Position numbers and translations under genes: made by a program
Shown here: positions 50,038-60,364 of the stretch, piece after piece
Position numbering within the stretch: the first letter of the stretch is position 1
How the letters are laid out: each line of letters opens with the position of its first letter
The notes under the pieces: model-generated
The model's input: the letters and a program-made list of their open reading frames with translations, nothing else
The model's database searches: none
What the model was told of the DNA's origin: nothing
Assembly (NCBI GenBank): GCA_963771275.1
Contig: CAVYSW010000003.1
Location: 96,001 to 160,000 of the forward strand
Origin: an uncultured Gemmatimonadales bacterium
GTDB taxonomy: Bacteria; Gemmatimonadota; Gemmatimonadetes; Gemmatimonadales; GWC2-71-9
Reading direction: 5' to 3'
DNA length: 64,000 bases

Positions 50038-53000
50038 ATGCCGACACGACACCTGGGCCGGAACGGCTGTGCTCATTTCCTGCCCGCTCTACCCCTCCTC
50101 GTGCTGCCGCTCCTGCCGCTTCTGCCCCTTCGGCCGCTCCAGGCCCAGGACGCGCCGAAGCCGGCCACCTGGAACATCGAGGACCCCCACGGCCCCGCGG
50201 ATACCATCCGGTTCCAGACCGATGAGGGCACCTGGATGGACCTGGACGTGAGCCCGGACGGGCAGTGGATCGTGTTCGATCTGCTGGGCGACCTCTATCG
50301 CGTCCCGATAGCGGGGGGGCACGCACAGCTGCTGGCCGGCGGGCGGGCGTACGAGCAGCTGCCGCGCTACAGCCCCGACGGCCGCACCATCGTGTACGTC
50401 AGCGACCGGAGCGGGATGGACAATCTCTGGCTGATGGACGCCGACGGCGGCCGTCCGCGGCCGCTCACCACGCTCGACGACTCGTTTCCCACCAATCCCG
50501 TCTGGCTGCCCGGCGGGGAGTACGTCGTCGCCAAGCGGCACGTGCGCGATACGCGCTCCCTCGGCGGCGGCGAGCTGTGGCTGTTTCAGGCGCACGGCGG
50601 GACCGGCATCAAGCTCAAGGACAAGCTGAGCTTCACCTCGGACGTGAACGAGCCCTATCCGTCGCGCGACGGGCGCTGGATCTACTACAGCTGGACCGGG
50701 CCGTTCGACTACAACAAGAACCCGGAGGCCGGGATCTTCCAGATCTCGCGGATCGACCGGGTGACCGGCGACGTCGAGCCCGTGACCCAGGCCCCCGGCG
50801 GCGCGGTCCGGCCGACGGTGTCGCCCGACGGGCGGTCGCTCGCGTTCATCCGCCGGGTGGGGCTCAAGACGGTGCTGTTCGTGCGCGACCTCGAGACCGG
50901 ATCGGAGCGGCCGGTGTTCGACGGGCTGGACCACGATCAGATGGAGACGTGGACGGTCCACGGCGCATATCCGAGCTATCAGTGGACGCCCGACGGGGCG
51001 AGCATCGTCATCACGTTCGGCGGCAAGCTCGCGCGGGTGAACGTCGCGAGCGGCGCGGCGACGCCCGTGCCGTTCACCGCCGACGTCGAGCAGGTGGTGA
51101 CGCGCGCGCTGCATTTCCGCTACCGGATCGCCGACGACGAGGTTCGCGCGCGCATGATCCGCTGGCCGGTGCTCTCGCCGGACGGCGCCACCCTCGTGTT
51201 CCAGGCGGTGGGCGCCCTCTGGGAGATGGCCTACCCCGGCGGCGCGCCCACCCGGATCACCGCGGACTCGGCCTTCGAGTTCGCGCCGAGTTACTCGGCC
51301 GATGGGCGGTTCCTCGCCTACGTCACATGGGACGACTCGGCGGGGGGCCACGTGTGGAAGATCCCCACCGCTGGGCGCAATCGCCGCCCCATCCGCCTCA
51401 CGACCGTCCCGAACCAGTATGCCAACCCGGCGTTCTCGCCCGACGGCCGATGGCTCGCGGTGGTCATGGGGAGCGGCGCCGCCAACCGGGGCCGCGACCT
51501 CGCGGCCGAGCCGTTCCTCCGGATCGGCGTGCTCAGCGCGGACGGCGGCCCGGTGCGCGAGGTACTACGGACCGAGAACCGCGGCTCAGGCCGCCGGATG
51601 CCGCGCGTGTGGTGGAATGCCGACGGCACGCGTCTGCTGATCCAGGAGGGCCGGGACGGCAAGAGCGTGCTGTCGTCGCTCCAGCCGGACGGAGCCGATC
51701 TCCGGATCCTCGCGGTGAACCGGCGGGCGGAGGAGATGGTGCCCTCCCCCGATGGCCGCTGGCTCGCGTTCAAGGAGCTGCACAACGTGTACGTGGCGCC
51801 GCTGCCCGCGGCCGGTGCCCCCGTGACGATCGAGGCGCGGCATGCCGGCGTGCGGGTCGTTCAGCTGTCCAACTACGGTGGTGACTGGATCGCGTGGCGC
51901 CCCGACTCCCGGGCGCTGACCTGGGTGCTGGGGCCCGCGTTCTACGAGCAGACCATCGCCGCGGCGTACGATTCCACCCCGCTACCCGCCGACACCGTCG
52001 CCGGCGCGGACTGGATGCGCGGCAACCCGCGCGTCGGCGCGCGCATCACGGAAATCGTGCTGTCGGTACCGCAGGCCCGCCCGCGCGGCGCCATCGTGCT
52101 ACGTGGTGCCCGCGTCATCACGATGCGCGGAAACGAGGTCGTCGAACACGCCGACCTGGTCGTCGAGGGCAGCCGGATCGCGCGCATCTGCCCGAGCCCG
52201 TGCGCGAACATCCCGCTCACGGCCCGCGTCGTGCCGGTTCCCGGCAAGACGATCATCCCGGGTCTGATCGACGTGCACGCACACATGGGGTACCAGGCGC
52301 TCGACATCACGCCGCAGCAGTTCTGGCCGTATCGCGCGAACCTCGCCTACGGCGTGACGACGACGCACGACCCATCGGCCTCCACGCAGGAGGTGTACGC
52401 GCAGGCGGAGCTGGTGGAGGCGGGGCGGACCGTGGGGCCGCGCATCTACTCGACCGGCTTCATCCTGTACGGCGCCGAGAACCCCGACAAGGCCGTCGTG
52501 GCGAGCCTCGCGGACGCGCGCGCACATCTGCGGCGGCACGCGGCCGTGGGCGGGTTCTCGGTCAAGAGCTACAACCAGCTGCGCCGGGACAGCCGCCAGT
52601 GGATCATCGAGGCGGCGCGCGAAGAGCACATGCTCGTCGTCCCCGAGGGCGGCTCGATGCTCCAGCAGAACATCACGATGATCCTGGACGGGCACACGGG
52701 GATCGAGCACGCGATCCCGGTGGCGCCGCTCTACAAGGATGTGGTGACGCTGTTCGGGCGCAGCAAGACCGGCTACACCCCGACGCTGATCGTGGGCTAC
52801 GGCGGCGTCTGGGGTGAGAACTACTGGTACCAGCACGCCGACGTCTTCGCCGACGCGCGGCTGCGGCAATTCGTGCCCGGCGACTGGCTCGACGCCCGGG
52901 CCCGCCGCCGGATGCTCGTGCCGGAAGACGAGTTCTATCACATCGCGCTCGCCAAGTCGGCGCACGACGTGCTCGAGGCCGGCGGCTCGGTCCAGCTCGG

Positions 53001-53322
53001 CGCCCATGGCCAGCTCCAGGGCCTCGGGGCGCACTGGGAGCTGTGGATGCTCGCGCAGGGCGGCATGACGCCGCTCGAGGCGCTGCGCGCCGCCACCCGC
53101 GCGGGCGCCGACTACCTCGGCCTGGGCGACGACCTCGGCTCGCTCGAGAACGGGAAGCTCGCCGACCTCGTGGTGCTCGACGGGAACCCGCTTGACGACA
53201 TTCACCAGTCCGACCACATCGCCATGGTGATGAAGAACGGCACCCTGTACGACGCCAACCTCAAGGTGCTGTGGCCCGATGAGCCGCTGCTGGGGACGCG
53301 ACGCGGACCCGGCCGACGCTGA
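50038..53322 (+). CDS. Secreted amidohydrolase with N-terminal TolB-like (PD40) beta-propellers
   Basis: EGTWMDLDVSPDG and repeated SPDG; IPGLIDVHAH, GVTTTHDPS, GAHGQLQGLGAHWE and GKLADLVVL. Confidence 0.9.
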   Translation: MPTRHLGRNGCAHFLPALPLLVLPLLPLLPLRPLQAQDAPKPATWNIEDPHGPADTIRFQTDEGTWMDLDVSPDGQWIVFDLLGDLYRVPIAGGHAQLLAGGRAYEQLPRYSPDGRTIVYVSDRSGMDNLWLMDADGGRPRPLTTLDDSFPTNPVWLPGGEYVVAKRHVRDTRSLGGGELWLFQAHGGTGIKLKDKLSFTSDVNEPYPSRDGRWIYYSWTGPFDYNKNPEAGIFQISRIDRVTGDVEPVTQAPGGAVRPTVSPDGRSLAFIRRVGLKTVLFVRDLETGSERPVFDGLDHDQMETWTVHGAYPSYQWTPDGASIVITFGGKLARVNVASGAATPVPFTADVEQVVTRALHFRYRIADDEVRARMIRWPVLSPDGATLVFQAVGALWEMAYPGGAPTRITADSAFEFAPSYSADGRFLAYVTWDDSAGGHVWKIPTAGRNRRPIRLTTVPNQYANPAFSPDGRWLAVVMGSGAANRGRDLAAEPFLRIGVLSADGGPVREVLRTENRGSGRRMPRVWWNADGTRLLIQEGRDGKSVLSSLQPDGADLRILAVNRRAEEMVPSPDGRWLAFKELHNVYVAPLPAAGAPVTIEARHAGVRVVQLSNYGGDWIAWRPDSRALTWVLGPAFYEQTIAAAYDSTPLPADTVAGADWMRGNPRVGARITEIVLSVPQARPRGAIVLRGARVITMRGNEVVEHADLVVEGSRIARICPSPCANIPLTARVVPVPGKTIIPGLIDVHAHMGYQALDITPQQFWPYRANLAYGVTTTHDPSASTQEVYAQAELVEAGRTVGPRIYSTGFILYGAENPDKAVVASLADARAHLRRHAAVGGFSVKSYNQLRRDSRQWIIEAAREEHMLVVPEGGSMLQQNITMILDGHTGIEHAIPVAPLYKDVVTLFGRSKTGYTPTLIVGYGGVWGENYWYQHADVFADARLRQFVPGDWLDARARRRMLVPEDEFYHIALAKSAHDVLEAGGSVQLGAHGQLQGLGAHWELWMLAQGGMTPLEALRAATRAGADYLGLGDDLGSLENGKLADLVVLDGNPLDDIHQSDHIAMVMKNGTLYDANLKVLWPDEPLLGTRRGPGRR

Positions 53323-53375
53323 CGCCGGGACGACCCGTCGCTTGACGGGGCACGTCCGGCAAGAGAGGCTACGGC

Positions 53376-53744
53376 ATGCGAGGATTCGTCGCGCGGGTCC
53401 TGATCGCGGCGTTCGGCCTGTGGATTGCCGACTTGCTGCTCGCCGGCGTACGGTTCGACGGTGCAGGCTCGCTGTTCCTGGCTGCCTTGCTCCTGGGGCT
53501 GGTCAACGCGATCGTGCGCCCCATCGTCGTGCTCCTCACGCTGCCCATCACCTTGGTATCGCTCGGGCTCTTCATGTTCGTGATCAACGGTGCGATGCTG
53601 CTGCTCGTCGCCCGGTTCCTCGACGGGTTTCACCTCGAGGGACTGTGGACCGCAATCATCGCCTCGATCATCGTGGGGCTGACGGGCTGGGCGGCGAGTG
53701 CTTTCATCGGGAATCGCGGTCGGATCGAGGTGATCCGGCGTTAG
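53376..53744 (+). CDS. YvlD-like 4-TM membrane protein (phage holin family IV)
   Basis: LGLVNAIVRPI..LLTLPITLVSLGLF.FVING. Confidence 0.88.
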   Translation: MRGFVARVLIAAFGLWIADLLLAGVRFDGAGSLFLAALLLGLVNAIVRPIVVLLTLPITLVSLGLFMFVINGAMLLLVARFLDGFHLEGLWTAIIASIIVGLTGWAASAFIGNRGRIEVIRR

Positions 53745-53836
53745 GGAGAGGGTGGCGCGGCGAAGAGACAGCAGCGGGGCAGACGGGGAGGTGAGAAGCT
53801 CGTCCCTGCCCCTCTCCCCCGCTGCCCCTCGTTACG

Positions 53837-56227
53837 CTACTTCGTTTCCTTCAGGTAACGGTCAAACCACTCGATCATTCTGGCTACCACGTCCATCACG
53901 CTCTCGCGCGCCGCGTACCCATGCGCCTCGAGCGGCAGCTGCACGTACTCCACCGTGCCCCCCAAGCCCTTGAGCGCGGCGAACATCCGCTCGGACTGGA
54001 TGGGGAACGTCCCCGAGTTATTGTCCGCCATCCCGTGGATCAGCAGGATCGGCTCGTTGATGCTATCGGCGTAGGTGAACGGCATCATGCGGAGGTAAAC
54101 GGCCCGCGCCTCCCAGAACGTGCGCTGCTCGTTCTGGAAGCCGAACGGCGTGAGCGTGCGGTTGTAGGCGCCGCTCCGGGCTACGCCGGCCTTGAACAGG
54201 TCCGAATGCGCCAGCAGGTTGGCCGTCGCGAACGCCCCGTAGCTGTGGCCGCCTACCCCGAAGCGCCCGCTGGCGATGCCGCGCTCCACCAGGTAGTCGA
54301 CCGCCGCCTTGGCCCCGGCAACCGTCTGCTCCACGTAGCTGTTGTTGGCGGTGTCGCCGCCCACCACGGGGAGCGCGGGGTTGTCCAACACCGCGTATCC
54401 CTGCGTGAGCAGGAGCAGGTGCGACGCGCCGCTCGGCAGGACGAACCGGTTGGGACTGCCGCGCACCTGCCCCGCCGCATCGGCTGAAGCGAACTCCGAC
54501 GGGTAGATCCAGAAGATCACGGGGACTTTCTGGCCGTCCTGGTAGCCCGTCGGATAGTAGAGCGTCCCCGACAGCTGCACGCCGTCCGCCCTGGTGTACG
54601 TGACCAGCTCGCGCCGCACCGTCGCGAGCTCGGGCGCCGGGTTCTCGAGCGCCGTCACGGGAACCGGGTCGGCCGTGGTGCGCAGGTCCCGGACGAAGTA
54701 GTTGGGCGGCGCCGTGCGGCTTTCCCGCCGGGTCACGATCCGGCGTCCGCGGGGGTCCAGCAGCGCGACCACCGACTCGTACACATCCGGCTCCGACTGC
54801 CACAGGCGCTCGCTCCGGCGACTCTCCAGATTGAGCCGGTCGAGGAACGGCCGTTCTCCCGTCGGGGACGCGCCGTTGCCGCGCAGGTAGATCCACTTGC
54901 CGTCGGGGCTCTCGAGCAGCACGCCGCGGCCCGTGGAGTCGACGGTCAGCAGCGGCGCGCCGGGATCGCCGTAGGCATCCTCCACGCTGCGGTCGACAAT
55001 GATCCGCCAGCCCGCCGCCGGGGCGTGGGTGTCGAACTTCCAGGTGCGGGTCTGCCGGCTCTTGCGGTCGAGCTCGCTCACCAGCGCCACGCCGTTCCGC
55101 CCCCACAGCGTGCCGCGGTAGCGGAAGCTCAGGCGCCCCAGTTCGACCGGCGCCGTGAACGGCGCGGCGAGCGACACCAGCCGGTCGCGCACCGTTGCGG
55201 GCCGGCGGTTGTCGCCGCCGTCCAGCGCCTCGACGTAGACCACGGTGGCCTCCTCACCGGGGCGCCACTCGGCGTCCCGCGGCCCCGTGCGGACGCCGTC
55301 GACCGGGACGTTTTCGGCCAGCGGGATCGTCGCCACGGTGACCACGCGCTCCCCACCCAGTGTCCAGATTTCGAGCTCCTGCGGAAACGCGGTGACGGGC
55401 AGCTGGTACGAGTACGGCCGGGTCACGCGGGCAACGAGCAGGAACTTGCCGTCGGGCGAGGGGTCGGCCTGGAGCAGCAGCGCCGGCGCGCCCACCGGCG
55501 TCACGGCCCCCGACGCCGCGTCCACCAACGCCAGCTGGCTCGTGGCGTAATCGTCAAACAGTCGCTCGTCCCGCGGCGACGCGAGCAGGTCCTGGAATGT
55601 CGGGACCGGCGCCGCGCGGCCTGCGGCCCGCTGCACGATCGGCCCCGCCGGCACCTCCTCCTCCGGTGGGGGCGCCCCTCGGGCGGCGGGAATCACATGG
55701 CACAACAGCCGGGTCCAATCCGGCATCCACTGGCACGCGCGGTCCAGCGTGCCGTTCAGCACCGGGCCGGTGACCGCCCGGGCCGTGCGGGCCGCGACGT
55801 CGGCGATCCACAGCTCCGTCCCCTGATCCGTGGCGTTCGTGAACGCGATCCGGTTGCCGTCCCGGGCCCAGGTGACCTCGCCCAGCCGGGCGCCGGCGGG
55901 AGTGGGCACCGCCCAGGTTTCGCCCGTGGAGTCCTGGCGGACCGTGAGGCGGGTGATGTCGCGCGTGCTGAATCGCCCGTTGGTGCGCGGGTTGAGGCGG
56001 AGGCCGGCGAGCCGCAACATCGGCTGCGCGAGATCGGCGATCGCCGGCATTGGTTTGAGCTCGGCCAGCAGCGCGGCACGCCCCGAGGGCGAGGGGAGCA
56101 GCAACGGCAGCCGCGGGGCGTCGAGCACGCGCCGGACGATCTCGGGCGGCGTGCGGTACGGCTCCTGGGCAGCGGCACCGGCCGCCAGCAGCGGCCACGC
56201 GAGAAGGAGGACAGGCCGACGGATCAT
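53837..56227 (-). CDS. S9 prolyl oligopeptidase-family serine peptidase
   Basis: GGHSYGAF, RSGAYNRTLTPFGFQ, HGMADNNSGT and EAHGY. Confidence 0.93.
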   Translation of the reverse strand: MIRRPVLLLAWPLLAAGAAAQEPYRTPPEIVRRVLDAPRLPLLLPSPSGRAALLAELKPMPAIADLAQPMLRLAGLRLNPRTNGRFSTRDITRLTVRQDSTGETWAVPTPAGARLGEVTWARDGNRIAFTNATDQGTELWIADVAARTARAVTGPVLNGTLDRACQWMPDWTRLLCHVIPAARGAPPPEEEVPAGPIVQRAAGRAAPVPTFQDLLASPRDERLFDDYATSQLALVDAASGAVTPVGAPALLLQADPSPDGKFLLVARVTRPYSYQLPVTAFPQELEIWTLGGERVVTVATIPLAENVPVDGVRTGPRDAEWRPGEEATVVYVEALDGGDNRRPATVRDRLVSLAAPFTAPVELGRLSFRYRGTLWGRNGVALVSELDRKSRQTRTWKFDTHAPAAGWRIIVDRSVEDAYGDPGAPLLTVDSTGRGVLLESPDGKWIYLRGNGASPTGERPFLDRLNLESRRSERLWQSEPDVYESVVALLDPRGRRIVTRRESRTAPPNYFVRDLRTTADPVPVTALENPAPELATVRRELVTYTRADGVQLSGTLYYPTGYQDGQKVPVIFWIYPSEFASADAAGQVRGSPNRFVLPSGASHLLLLTQGYAVLDNPALPVVGGDTANNSYVEQTVAGAKAAVDYLVERGIASGRFGVGGHSYGAFATANLLAHSDLFKAGVARSGAYNRTLTPFGFQNEQRTFWEARAVYLRMMPFTYADSINEPILLIHGMADNNSGTFPIQSERMFAALKGLGGTVEYVQLPLEAHGYAARESVMDVVARMIEWFDRYLKETK

Positions 56228-56326
56228 CGTTCGGGCTCCTGGGAGGGCAGAAAGAACCTACGCGTCGGGAACGATGGCGAGAAGTGACGACCGAGGCTAC
56301 CCCGGCCGGTACTATATTGTGCGGCG

Positions 56327-58318
56327 ATGCCTGCGACGACGCTGCTCCGCGACCTGGTCGTGCTGGTCGGCATCGCGATCCCCGTGGTCGCGCTCGCCCA
56401 CCGACTCCGCGTGCCGAGCATCGTGGGGTTCCTGGTCGCCGGCATCGTGATCGGCCCCCACGCGCTCGGGCTGGTGCGCGACCTCGGCTCGGTGAACGCC
56501 CTGGCCGACATGGGGATCGTCCTCCTGCTCTTCGCCATCGGGCTCGAGCTCTCGCTCGACCGGGTGATGCGCCTGGGCCGGGTCCTGCTGCAGGGAGGAT
56601 CCCTTCAGGTGGGCGGCACCATCGCCGCCGTCGCGACCCTGGCGATGGCCCTCGGCGCGGGAGTTCCCCGTGCCCTGGTCTACGGGGCCCTCGCCGCCAT
56701 GTCGTCCACCGCCATCCTCCTCAAGGTGTACGCCGACCGCGGTGCGCTCGACAGTCCCGACGCCCGCATCGTCATCCCCATCTCGCTGTTCCAGGACCTG
56801 TGCATCATCCCGTTCGTCCTGCTGGTCGGACTGGCTGGAGGCAGTGTCGCCGGTGGGGCGTGGCAGGCCGCGCTCCGGATCGGGGTTAGCGTGGCGGTTT
56901 TGGCGGCGCTCGTCCTGGGGGGACGAGTCGCCGTCCCGTGGGTGCTCGCGCGGGTGGCCCGCCTGCGGAGCCGCGAGCTCTTCACCCTGAGCATCGTGTT
57001 TCTGGGTGCCGCCGCCGCGTTCGTGACCCAGAGCGTGGGCCTGTCCCTGGCGCTCGGCGGCTTCATCGCCGGCCTGGTCATCTCCGAGTCCGAGTACGGC
57101 CTCCAGGCGCTGTCCGATGTCGTGCCGTTTCGCGACACCTTGACGGGGATCTTCTTCGCGTCGGTCGGGATGCTGCTCGACCCGCGACTTGTCGCCGCGC
57201 AGCCCGTGCTGGTATTCGGGGCCGCGGCGGGTCTCCTGCTCCTCAAGGCCACCGTGGCGACGGGCGCCGCGCTCTCGCTGCGCCGCCCGCTCCGGGTCAG
57301 CATCGTCGCCGGGCTGGCGCTGGCCCCCGTCGGCGAGTTCGCGTTCGTGCTGGCCGCGATCGCGCGGCCCGTAGGGCTGCTGAGCCCGGATGCCTACCAG
57401 CTCTTCCTCGCGGCGTCGCTCCTCACGATGCTGGCGGCCCCCTTTATCATGCAGGCGGCTCCGAGCCTCGCGGCCGCGGTGGGCCGCCTCGCCCGCCAGC
57501 CGGCGGCCCCCGCCGCCGAGGTCCAGGCGGAGATCGACGCGCTGCGGGACCACGTGATCATCGTGGGCTACGGCGTCAACGGCCGTAACCTGGCCCGCGT
57601 GCTCGACGGCGCGGGCATCCCATACGTGATCCTGGAGCAGAACGGGCAGACGGTCGAGCAGGCGCGGGAAGAGCTCCAGCCGATCTTCTTCGGCGATGCC
57701 ACGCGGCCCGAGGTGCTCAAGCGGGCCGGCATTCGCCGGGCGCGAGCGCTGGTCTTCGCCATCGCCTCGCCCGCGGACGAGCTGCGCGGCGTGGCGGTCG
57801 CCCGGGGGCTCAGCGACACCGTCCACATCGTGGTGCGAACCCGCTACGTCCGCGGGATGGAAGACCTCCGCCGCGCCGGTGCCAATCAGGTAGTGCCGGA
57901 GGAGTTCGAGACCTCGCTCGAGATCTTCAGCCGCGTGCTGCGCCACTACGAGGTGCCGTCCAATCTGATCGCGCGCGAGGTGGACGCCGCCCGCGTCGAG
58001 CTGTACGGCATGGCCCTCGGCCGGGCTGCCGGCGCGTCACAGCTCGAGGCCCTGGGGCGACTCGGTCTCCACCACGCCTTCGAGATCGTCGAGGTCGAGC
58101 CCGGGGCAGCCGCCGTGGACGGCCATCCGGTCACGCTGAATCTGCGCCACGAGACGGGCGCCACCGTCGTCGCCATCGTGCGCGACGGGGTGGTGGCATC
58201 CACCCTCGACCCCGCCTTTCGCTTCCGGGCCGGCGACATCGTGCTGCTGGCGGGCGCGGACGAAGCCCTGGCGCGCGGCCGAGCCGTCTTTCTGGGACCT
58301 CCGCCCCCACCACTGTGA
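56327..58318 (+). CDS. CPA2 cation:proton antiporter (Kef-type) with TrkA-N and TrkA-C domains
   Basis: LLFAIGLELS, SSTAI, FQDL, HVIIVGYGVNG and GDATRPEVL. Confidence 0.92.
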   Translation: MPATTLLRDLVVLVGIAIPVVALAHRLRVPSIVGFLVAGIVIGPHALGLVRDLGSVNALADMGIVLLLFAIGLELSLDRVMRLGRVLLQGGSLQVGGTIAAVATLAMALGAGVPRALVYGALAAMSSTAILLKVYADRGALDSPDARIVIPISLFQDLCIIPFVLLVGLAGGSVAGGAWQAALRIGVSVAVLAALVLGGRVAVPWVLARVARLRSRELFTLSIVFLGAAAAFVTQSVGLSLALGGFIAGLVISESEYGLQALSDVVPFRDTLTGIFFASVGMLLDPRLVAAQPVLVFGAAAGLLLLKATVATGAALSLRRPLRVSIVAGLALAPVGEFAFVLAAIARPVGLLSPDAYQLFLAASLLTMLAAPFIMQAAPSLAAAVGRLARQPAAPAAEVQAEIDALRDHVIIVGYGVNGRNLARVLDGAGIPYVILEQNGQTVEQAREELQPIFFGDATRPEVLKRAGIRRARALVFAIASPADELRGVAVARGLSDTVHIVVRTRYVRGMEDLRRAGANQVVPEEFETSLEIFSRVLRHYEVPSNLIAREVDAARVELYGMALGRAAGASQLEALGRLGLHHAFEIVEVEPGAAAVDGHPVTLNLRHETGATVVAIVRDGVVASTLDPAFRFRAGDIVLLAGADEALARGRAVFLGPPPPPL

Positions 58319-58431
58319 CGGGCCTCACCATTGGCGCGCCCCCGGGAGCACTTCGCCCGGCCGCTCCACCCTATATTACTTAGAGAGTTGTGGCTGAACG
58401 CCCCCGTCGCCTGTTGCAGAGGAGGTATATC

Positions 58432-59463
58432 ATGCTTCGGAAGTTGCTCGTCGGGTCGGTGCTGGTCGCCATGGCGGCCGCGTGCGGCGACTCCACCGGA
58501 CCGGAGGACTTCAACGCTCCCGCTATTCAGCAGCAGGCGGATCAGGTCCTCGCGGCCTTTACGAACAACGCGGCGCTGCTCGCCCTGAGCGCGCTGACCT
58601 CCACGTCGACGCCGTTCGCCGCAGCGCGCACGGCGGTCGGCCTGCTGCCGGGCTCGCCCACCGATCCGTCGACGGCGGTGCGCCTCCAGCGTCTCGGCCA
58701 GTCGCTCCTGAGCCTCAGCTCGGCGAGCCCCATGGCGCTGTTCCCGGTCGACATCCTCGCGAAGACCTTCGTATACAATCCGGACTCGGCCAAGTACGTG
58801 GTCGATCCGGCGCGCACCGATGCCCCGACCGACGGCGTCCGCCTCGTGCTGTACGCCGTGAACCCGGTCTCGCACGTGCCGCTGGTGCCGCTGCAGGAAG
58901 TCGGCAATCTCGACCTGCACGACGTGTCCACGGCGTCCGCCGATGCGATCCGGATCGTGGCAACCGTGGGGACCGTGACCTACGTGGACTACACGGCCAG
59001 CGCGTCGGTGGGGACGACCTCCGCGACGCTGGGCGCCGCCGGCTACCTGTCCAACGGGACGGACCGGCTGGATTTTAACCTCAGCCTGGCCGTCACGCAG
59101 ACGTCGATCACGGTCGATTACCTGATGGAGGCGGGGGACAATTCGGTCCGGCTGGTCGACGTCCTCACGCAGGACAGTGAGAACGTCACGCTCACGATCT
59201 CGGACGGGAACAACACGGTGGTGTTGCACGTCAGCGGTACGACCACCGGCTGGACCGGTGACATCAAGTACAACGGCGCCGTGGCCGTCACGATCGGCGG
59301 CACCCCCGAAGCGCCGACGTTCACGCGGTGGGACGGGACCGCCCTCACCACCGAAGAGATCCAGGCCCTCGGGGCCATCGTCGGCAGCATCCTGACCGTG
59401 TTTAACCAGATGGACGTCCTCCTCGGGCCGGCCCTCATCGTGCTCGCCCTGGGGAATGTCTAG
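58432..59463 (+). CDS. Hypothetical lipoprotein
   Basis: AGGAGG RBS and AAACGDSTGP lipobox. Confidence 0.8.
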   Translation: MLRKLLVGSVLVAMAAACGDSTGPEDFNAPAIQQQADQVLAAFTNNAALLALSALTSTSTPFAAARTAVGLLPGSPTDPSTAVRLQRLGQSLLSLSSASPMALFPVDILAKTFVYNPDSAKYVVDPARTDAPTDGVRLVLYAVNPVSHVPLVPLQEVGNLDLHDVSTASADAIRIVATVGTVTYVDYTASASVGTTSATLGAAGYLSNGTDRLDFNLSLAVTQTSITVDYLMEAGDNSVRLVDVLTQDSENVTLTISDGNNTVVLHVSGTTTGWTGDIKYNGAVAVTIGGTPEAPTFTRWDGTALTTEEIQALGAIVGSILTVFNQMDVLLGPALIVLALGNV

Positions 59464-60265
59464 CCGCGGTCTGATCGCTGGGGTCGGCGTGCTCGCGCTC
59501 GTCACCGGGTGCGGCGCGCCGACCACCACGTACGAACCCATCTTCCTCGCCGGCCGGGCGGTCGCCCCGGTCGGCGATTCGCTGTTTGCGGCCACCTCGA
59601 CCCGGGTGGCCGCGGTGATCTTGTACGACCGCCGCGGCCGCCCGCGCGACACGCTCGGGCTGGGCGTACTCAGCAACCCGGGACGCGTGCAGGTGCTCGA
59701 TGGGAGCACGTACGTCTCCGACGTGGCACAGGGACACCCGCGGATCGCGGTGTTCGGCCCGGACGGCACGCTGCGCCGCACCATTCCCCTCGACGGCATC
59801 GCGTCACAGGCGCATCAGTTCGCGGTGCTGCCGGATGGCGGCGTCGTGATCGAGAGCCGGGACGCGCGCCTGCTCGTCCTGCAGGGCGACAGCGTGGACA
59901 CGTTCGCGCCGGTCGAGGTCGGCACACGACCGAGCCTGGTGCTCGGCGCGGATGGCGGGGTGCTGCACGCCATCCCGGACAAGACCATCACGCTGTACAA
60001 CGGGTACGGGCACATCCGGTGGCGGATCGACTGGCCGTGGCAGGAATCGGCGTTCGTGGCCGACGTCGCGCTGGACGGGCGGGGACGGATCCACTTTCTG
60101 GTCGGCGATCCGGCAACGGGCACGTTCACGGCCCAAACACTGGCGCCGGCCACCGGTGAGGTCGTGCGCTGGTCGGAGCCGACGAGCGGCAGCTCGTTCG
60201 TGGTCGATCGGCTGGGTGAGGTGATCCCGGCGCGAGACCCCTGGGGAGACTCCGCCGGACGCTAG
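59456..60265 (+). CDS. Hypothetical lipoprotein (beta-propeller-like)
   Basis: LVTGC lipobox and NHL-like YVSD...RIAVFGPDG. Confidence 0.7.
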   Translation: MSSRGLIAGVGVLALVTGCGAPTTTYEPIFLAGRAVAPVGDSLFAATSTRVAAVILYDRRGRPRDTLGLGVLSNPGRVQVLDGSTYVSDVAQGHPRIAVFGPDGTLRRTIPLDGIASQAHQFAVLPDGGVVIESRDARLLVLQGDSVDTFAPVEVGTRPSLVLGADGGVLHAIPDKTITLYNGYGHIRWRIDWPWQESAFVADVALDGRGRIHFLVGDPATGTFTAQTLAPATGEVVRWSEPTSGSSFVVDRLGEVIPARDPWGDSAGR

Positions 60266-60364
60266 CATCCCGGATCGGAATGACGGTAACGTATTCACCG
60301 CAGGAATCGCCGGGGACGCAGAGCTGCTGAGCCGTAAGGGGCTCTCTGCGTGCTCTGCGGTGTG

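Noticed and set aside
53376..53744. Holin as evidence of a prophage
   Set aside because: YvlD-like proteins are common chromosomal membrane proteins, and no phage genes are nearby.
60316..60362. ACGCAGAG...CTCTGCGT-G-CTCTGCGG REP-like palindrome
   Set aside because: Only one copy was seen here, between convergent genes, and a terminator-type hairpin explains it.
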